In this document: piece after piece, positions 25,101 to 31,100 of the stretch | Position numbering within the stretch: position 1 is the first letter of the stretch | Layout of the letters: each line of letters begins with the position of its first letter | Source of the DNA: Candidatus Thorarchaeota archaeon | Lineage (GTDB): Archaea; Asgardarchaeota; Thorarchaeia; Thorarchaeales; Thorarchaeaceae | Assembly (NCBI GenBank): GCA_029855925.1 | Contig: JAGSHP010000001.1 | Location: forward strand, 1-31,430 | Direction: 5' to 3' | DNA length: 31,430 bases | Program-made: the position numbers and the translations under genes | The notes under the pieces: generated by a model | Databases searched by the model: none | What the model was told of the DNA's origin: nothing | Seen by the model: the letters and a program-made list of their open reading frames with translations, nothing else

Positions 25101-28100
25101 ATTCCAACTATATGACACTGACAGAGGAGGACACAGGTACTCCAGCAACAAATATGGAAGATGCTGTTGATAGTAACTCATCAGATGTGGACTCATCGCC
25201 TGACAAAGGTATTGAATCAAGTTTTGCCAACGCACAGTCCTATGATGGCGCCAGCATGAATATCACTGAAGAGAATACGGGTTGGAGCCCAGAAGAGGGC
25301 TTCAAGACCTACCATGGTTCATTCGAATTCACAAACACGCTCGGTGTCACCACCGATGTAAGTATCGGTGCTGTTGTCAACCCCAATCACGCGTTCATCC
25401 GGGTATACACTGCAGGTTCGTCAACACCGAACACACCCACAGAGGGTGCTGTGTCGGGTTACATCCTTAACTCCACACATATCAGGTTTGAGCGGAACAC
25501 TGCCGTTTCAGGTTTGTGGGTATCATGGTTTGTGATTGAGTGCTTCAACAATGAGTTCACAGTACGTGCACGTGGGGATATCGAACTACTCTCCGGAGCA
25601 ATGACAGGATCCGCGAGTGTTTCGGGGGTACAAGATATCAATAGGGTGATGGTGACGGAGTCTCATAGAGGCAGTGGCAGCAGCACCAGCGACTGGAGTG
25701 ACACATTTGCGAAAGCATACATGACTGATGTGTCCACCGTAATGGTCAAGCGTGCGAGCAATGGTACAACTGTCAACATCAGGTATGAAGTGGTTGAGTG
25801 GCGTACCGACTTCAATGTGTATCGCGGGACCTTTGTAAAAAGTGCTACCACTCAGACGGTGGACATTGGCGGGACAGTGGACCAATCACGTTCATGGGCT
25901 TATGCAACATGGACAGCTCCGACTGATGGGATTCAACAGGTGCAGCTGGCTTATGGAATTATTTCTTCCACCCAGTTAGAGTTTCTTCATTACTCGGATA
26001 ATTATGCATGTGATGTGCAGTGGTATGTTATCGAACATCCGACAAATCTTGCACCGACAATCACGAGATATAGCTATAACTGGGACCCGACCACAAGTCC
26101 GGACAATGTCAGGACGAACGCCATAGGCACTGCGATTGCAACGGATCAAACATTCATACACATGAGTTGTACTACCTCTGGTACTGGTACCGCCTTCAGG
26201 AGAGACTTTAACCTTCCGAGGTTGGTCAATGCCACCTCATGGAGTGAAACGCAGTACAACCCGACTACTGCCAGCTATGATCAGCATGAGACGCGTGCTG
26301 CGGTGATTGAGCTGCCATACTCACCAGGAAGCAGTGACAATTATGAGATCAATGCGGAGTACCAATGGAACACTGCCCACTACACAGAGGTGAATGAAGA
26401 GGTCTGCATATATGTTTCATCTCACAGTGGTACAGAGGTTCTGAATGTTGAGTACTGGGATGGCGCTGGCTGGAGCACCATCGGCACGATAAGCAGCACG
26501 GGTTGGAGCAACATCACGGCGGTGGGTCTCACCAGCAGCACTTACACTATACGAGTGGTTGGCGGTATCGAGGCCAATGACACATCTGCGGACATCTGGT
26601 ACATCGACTACATCGGTCTTCACACATGGAGTGATGCAGTCGTAAACTACGAGATGAATGTCAGATTTGACTTCACAGATGTGGTGACCACACACGACCA
26701 CACTAACCTGACGATTTACACAGATGCTGTGCAGACAGAACCCCTGAACATCAGCATCTACAATGGTGTGGGATGGACAAATCTTGGTCAGATCAGTAGT
26801 GCTGGTTGGAATAACTTCACGATTGATAGCCATGTTGCCTCAACAATCAACATAACCCTGTTTGGTTCCGACGAAAACAATGATGCCACACAGACATCAT
26901 GGGACATCGACTACGTCGGTCTGTACAGCTGGACTGATGCTGTCAGTAACCATAGAACTGAGGCAGAGTTCACATGGAGCAACATTGATACTGGTGCGTC
27001 TGAGGCGTATGTCACGATATACGCAGAACAGTTATCCACAGAGATGCTTGAGGCCTGGGTGTACGATGGTGCATGGCACTATCTCGGAAACATCACTAAT
27101 GCGCATGGTTGGAACAACTTCACAGTCACAAATTACTTTACGAATCCGAGCTTCAAGGTCAAGATAGTGGGCGCCACTGAATCAGCAGACCCCTCTCAAG
27201 ACACATGGCAGATTGACTATGTCGGTCTTGAAACTCGGGTTGTGCAAAGAAAGAACTATCTGGTCAACATTGAGTGGAACTTTGATGGTATCACAAATTA
27301 TAATGAGGACAACGAACAGGTCTGCATCAATGTGCTCACCATGGGTAGTGAGACACTGAATGTTGAGTACTGGGACGGCGCTGGTTGGAGTCTACTCGGC
27401 ACAATTACTGGCATAGGTTGGAATAATTTTACGGCTCTTGATCTCACAGGTTCGAGTTATAAGATTCGACTAACAGGCACAGATGAAACAAAGGACATCT
27501 CACAGGACTACTGGAACATTGACGATATACTCTTGCACTGTTGGAGTGTCCGAAACAACTACGAGCTGAGTCTTGAAACACAGTGGAACAGTGTCGACAC
27601 CAGCGCTGATGATATTGAGTTGTGCATCTATGCGGACACGCTGGATACAGAGGATATCAAGGTGGATATATGGTACAACAGCAGTTGGATGACCGTGCTC
27701 ACCGATCTTGTACCGAACTCATGGAACAATATCACCATCAAAGGATACATTCAATCGTCAACGACAAAAGTGAGGTTTGTTGACGGTACAGCGGCACAGG
27801 ACGAGGCACAGGGATCATGGAATATCGGTTCCGTCCTGCTCAGGTACACGACAAACAGTATCGCAGCACCAATTCAGTATAGTGCAATTGAAACGCCTCT
27901 CATTGGTGGAATGTGGTACACACCCGACTATAACATTACTGTGGTGTCATGCAATGGTGAGGTATATGGCAAGCTGAACGCAACAGCATCTCCCATCACT
28001 GCAAAATGGATGGTGAACGGACCAGTGTACCACGGTGACGCGATCATGATGCGTTGGCGATACACGATTGACACAGACCCTGTGAGTTCCACATATCAAT

Positions 28101-31100
28101 TGATTATTGAGCATGACAACATGAACACGACCCTTGCCATTTTGCCGAACGGGTTCACCAAAGGCACAAGCAACTGGACCCTCACACGCGTGGCACTCAA
28201 TAATATTGGCATAACACATGTCAACAATATCTATATCCGTGCTGAGTCCGGGGTGATGCACATTGACTACATCTGTATTGGTCACGGTGGTGTCATCTCC
28301 ACGGGATTACTTCAACCGAGTGACGTGGTCGGTGACCTGAGTACTACGTCATACGGCTTTGATGTGAGCGGTATGGATCTTGTAGAGTTCACATATGACA
28401 ACATCAATCTCATGGTGTCTAACGACATCTATCTATCGATGAATGTCTACTTGGACTCGAACGATGAACACTATATCGTCATAGACGGCATATATCGGAA
28501 TCAGACAGCTGGCACTGTGACATACATGATTCCAAACATCGTTACGGGATGGAACAAGCTCAGCATGAACATAACGGACATTGTAACCACCTATGGACAG
28601 ATGGATCTCGTCGACAGGGTGACAATCCGAGCAATAAGGCCCTCTTTCATCGTGAGCATGCATGTCGATTGGATAAAGGTCCTCACCCACAGCAGTAAGA
28701 CGGTGATGTCTGATTACATAGAGATAATGGGACTGAAAAACACAGACGGCATAATCATCTACGACATTGCTGATTACACACAGGGTTTCACGCCGACTGG
28801 TGGTAACACGCTCACGGCCGTTGGTGTGAATGGTGAAACTGAAATGAGCGTAAGCATGTTTGTCGGTGACATAGACTACTCTGACCCAATGCCAGCACAC
28901 CAGCTTGCTAACTACCTATATGATGGCGTGCCGCTCGCTGTTACATACTGGCCAAAGTCATCATTGAAGATTACAACTAATGGACATGACATGGATCTCA
29001 GAGTCGAAACACCCAATATGAAATTCACATTGGGTGATGATGTTAATGCGGTGCTCGATTCTGTCGATGTGATCAGGAGCTACGAACAGGTCGAGATACG
29101 GATGACAGGCTGGGTCGACGGGAAACAGATGAATAGGACATATGTGATACGCGACTCGGGTGAAATCAATTGGACAACCTACCTCGATGACACCATGACA
29201 CTGGACAACTTCCGCATCGACAGTAGCTATTTCCGTATACAACCAGATCTACATTACATAAACACCTTCGAAACTGTTAATGTCACTGCTATCTCTGGTG
29301 TAACAACATCACTGACTAGTGCATTAACCGAGGGAAGCAATGCAATTTCCATTCAGTCATCAGCAGCCTCTGGTGGTGTCAGAATTGCGGATGGATTATC
29401 CCTCTCAGGTGATGACTATTGGAAAATTCGGTTCGTTGTAAGACCCACATCTAGTGACATAGACATGAAAGTACAGCTCACTCTTGACGGGTCAGAGTTT
29501 GCATATCTATTGTCAAGAGACAACGATACGCACTTCGAGTATGGAGAAGACCTTGTATATAATGAGCGGCAGGTCATCATGATGGATAGGTATTCCTTTG
29601 ACACCGATCTAACAGATAGGACCATCAAGGCCGTTAGTGTCTACATCGGCAATGGTCATAGTATAATCATTGACGACATGTATATGTCGGACATGCCAGT
29701 TAGTAATGGACCGCAGTTGCTCTGGACCGTGAAGAAGGCAAGCAACAGCAGCTATTACTCCTACCTCGATCCGTCAGTGAGGTACACTGACAGTGACGGC
29801 ATTGTCATGTATTCTCTTGACAGCAGAATCGGTATGTCTGTAAATGCAAACTGTTCAATGCAGAACGGCGACTTCGTAACTCTGCTGAATGGATCACTGT
29901 ATGTTGGTCCATATGCAGATGATGAGTCACACATCTATGCTAGAGAGGTCACACCGTCATCGGTCCTTGACATAGATGAGGAGGGCAGTCTGGTGTACTC
30001 TGTCGACATGCGGAACGGCGAGGACAGAGAACTCACTGTCATATTCAAGAACAATGACAATAGCGTCTTCAAAACGGTGATCGTGCACAGCACAACGGGT
30101 GTAAACGACATTGACAACGGAATTATGTATCTCAACAAGACCCCTGGGAGCATTCATCAGGTACGTCTCTCGATACCCACAGTCCTGTTTATGCTCAACG
30201 AGAGTGGTGATTTGCCTGACCTCTACAGCTTCACAACAAACGTGACGGGACGTGTGGTACAGGTGATGACAAAGCCGGTGTCCCCACTGCTTGAATACTT
30301 CACGGTGTCTACAAAGCTCATAGAGGAGGTGGCAGGCGGTGTTGATGAACAGGGATACATAACTAACTGGATTGCGAGCCCGCGTGATGCGATGGACAGA
30401 TCCCTGTATACATCTAGGAACGCAGAGGAGTTTACATTCATTCACAACCTCCATATATCACAAGAAGACATGGTCAATATGACATCGTCCCACTACCTGT
30501 ATCTCAACTTCTTCACCGATACAGACTTCCCGGACTATGAGAACCACACATCAACCAGCGGTGAAACACCGGTATATAGGATGGCTGACTCTCTGTCGCA
30601 CTCCGGTCTAGAGTACTACTTCGAGCTCACGGTGGAACGCAAGTACACAACAGAGTGGGAATACCTTGACGGTAAGTGGGGCAACACCATCACAGACGAC
30701 TACTACTTCAGCATAGTACAGAAGGAAGTACATGAAGGGTGGGTACAGTCCAGCAAGGTGATAGCCAGTTGGACTATGAGCACATCAGAGGTGCAGCAGA
30801 AGTGGATGTTCTGGGAGTATGACCTCACTCATGGTAGGCTCCAATACAGCTTTGTTGACGATGATGGCACGCCGACCTCCAAGCCGGTCACAAAGACATT
30901 CATACAATATCATGAGCTGAATACATTGACTAGCATAAGCATACTCAAGCTCACCAACAATGCCAGCTTCTACTTAGACGATGTCTCTGTTATGACACAG
31001 AATGGCACAAAAATGATGTTTCATGACGACTTCAGCTATGGTTCCGTAGCCGAAATGGCAACACACGGTGGCTGGGTGTGTAGCGGAGAGTATAATGCAG

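Larger units (their letters stand above)
22388..27850 (+). repeat. Nested array of 8 short 'X' half-domains and 8 ~100-aa 'A' half-domains (order X5-insert-A3-X3-insert-A5)
   Basis: X motif G..S.F.N.Q..D..YM.LTEE(D/N).G at 22388, 22499, 22613, 22736, 22865, 24887, 25013 and 25139. A motif NY.....(F/W)...E.L.V.YWDG..W...GW.N.T...IR..G..E..D..QD.W.ID...L.TW at 23921, 24254, 24587, 26339, 26645, 26948, 27254 and 27557. Confidence 0.8.

Noticed and set aside
1354-30454. All tracked ORFs of 60-220 aa on both strands within the giant gene (e.g. 18337-18999, 7562-8158)
   Set aside because: They overlap the giant ORF in other frames, have Ser/Val/Thr-biased antisense composition and show no recognisable domains. 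They are expected by-products of its codon bias.
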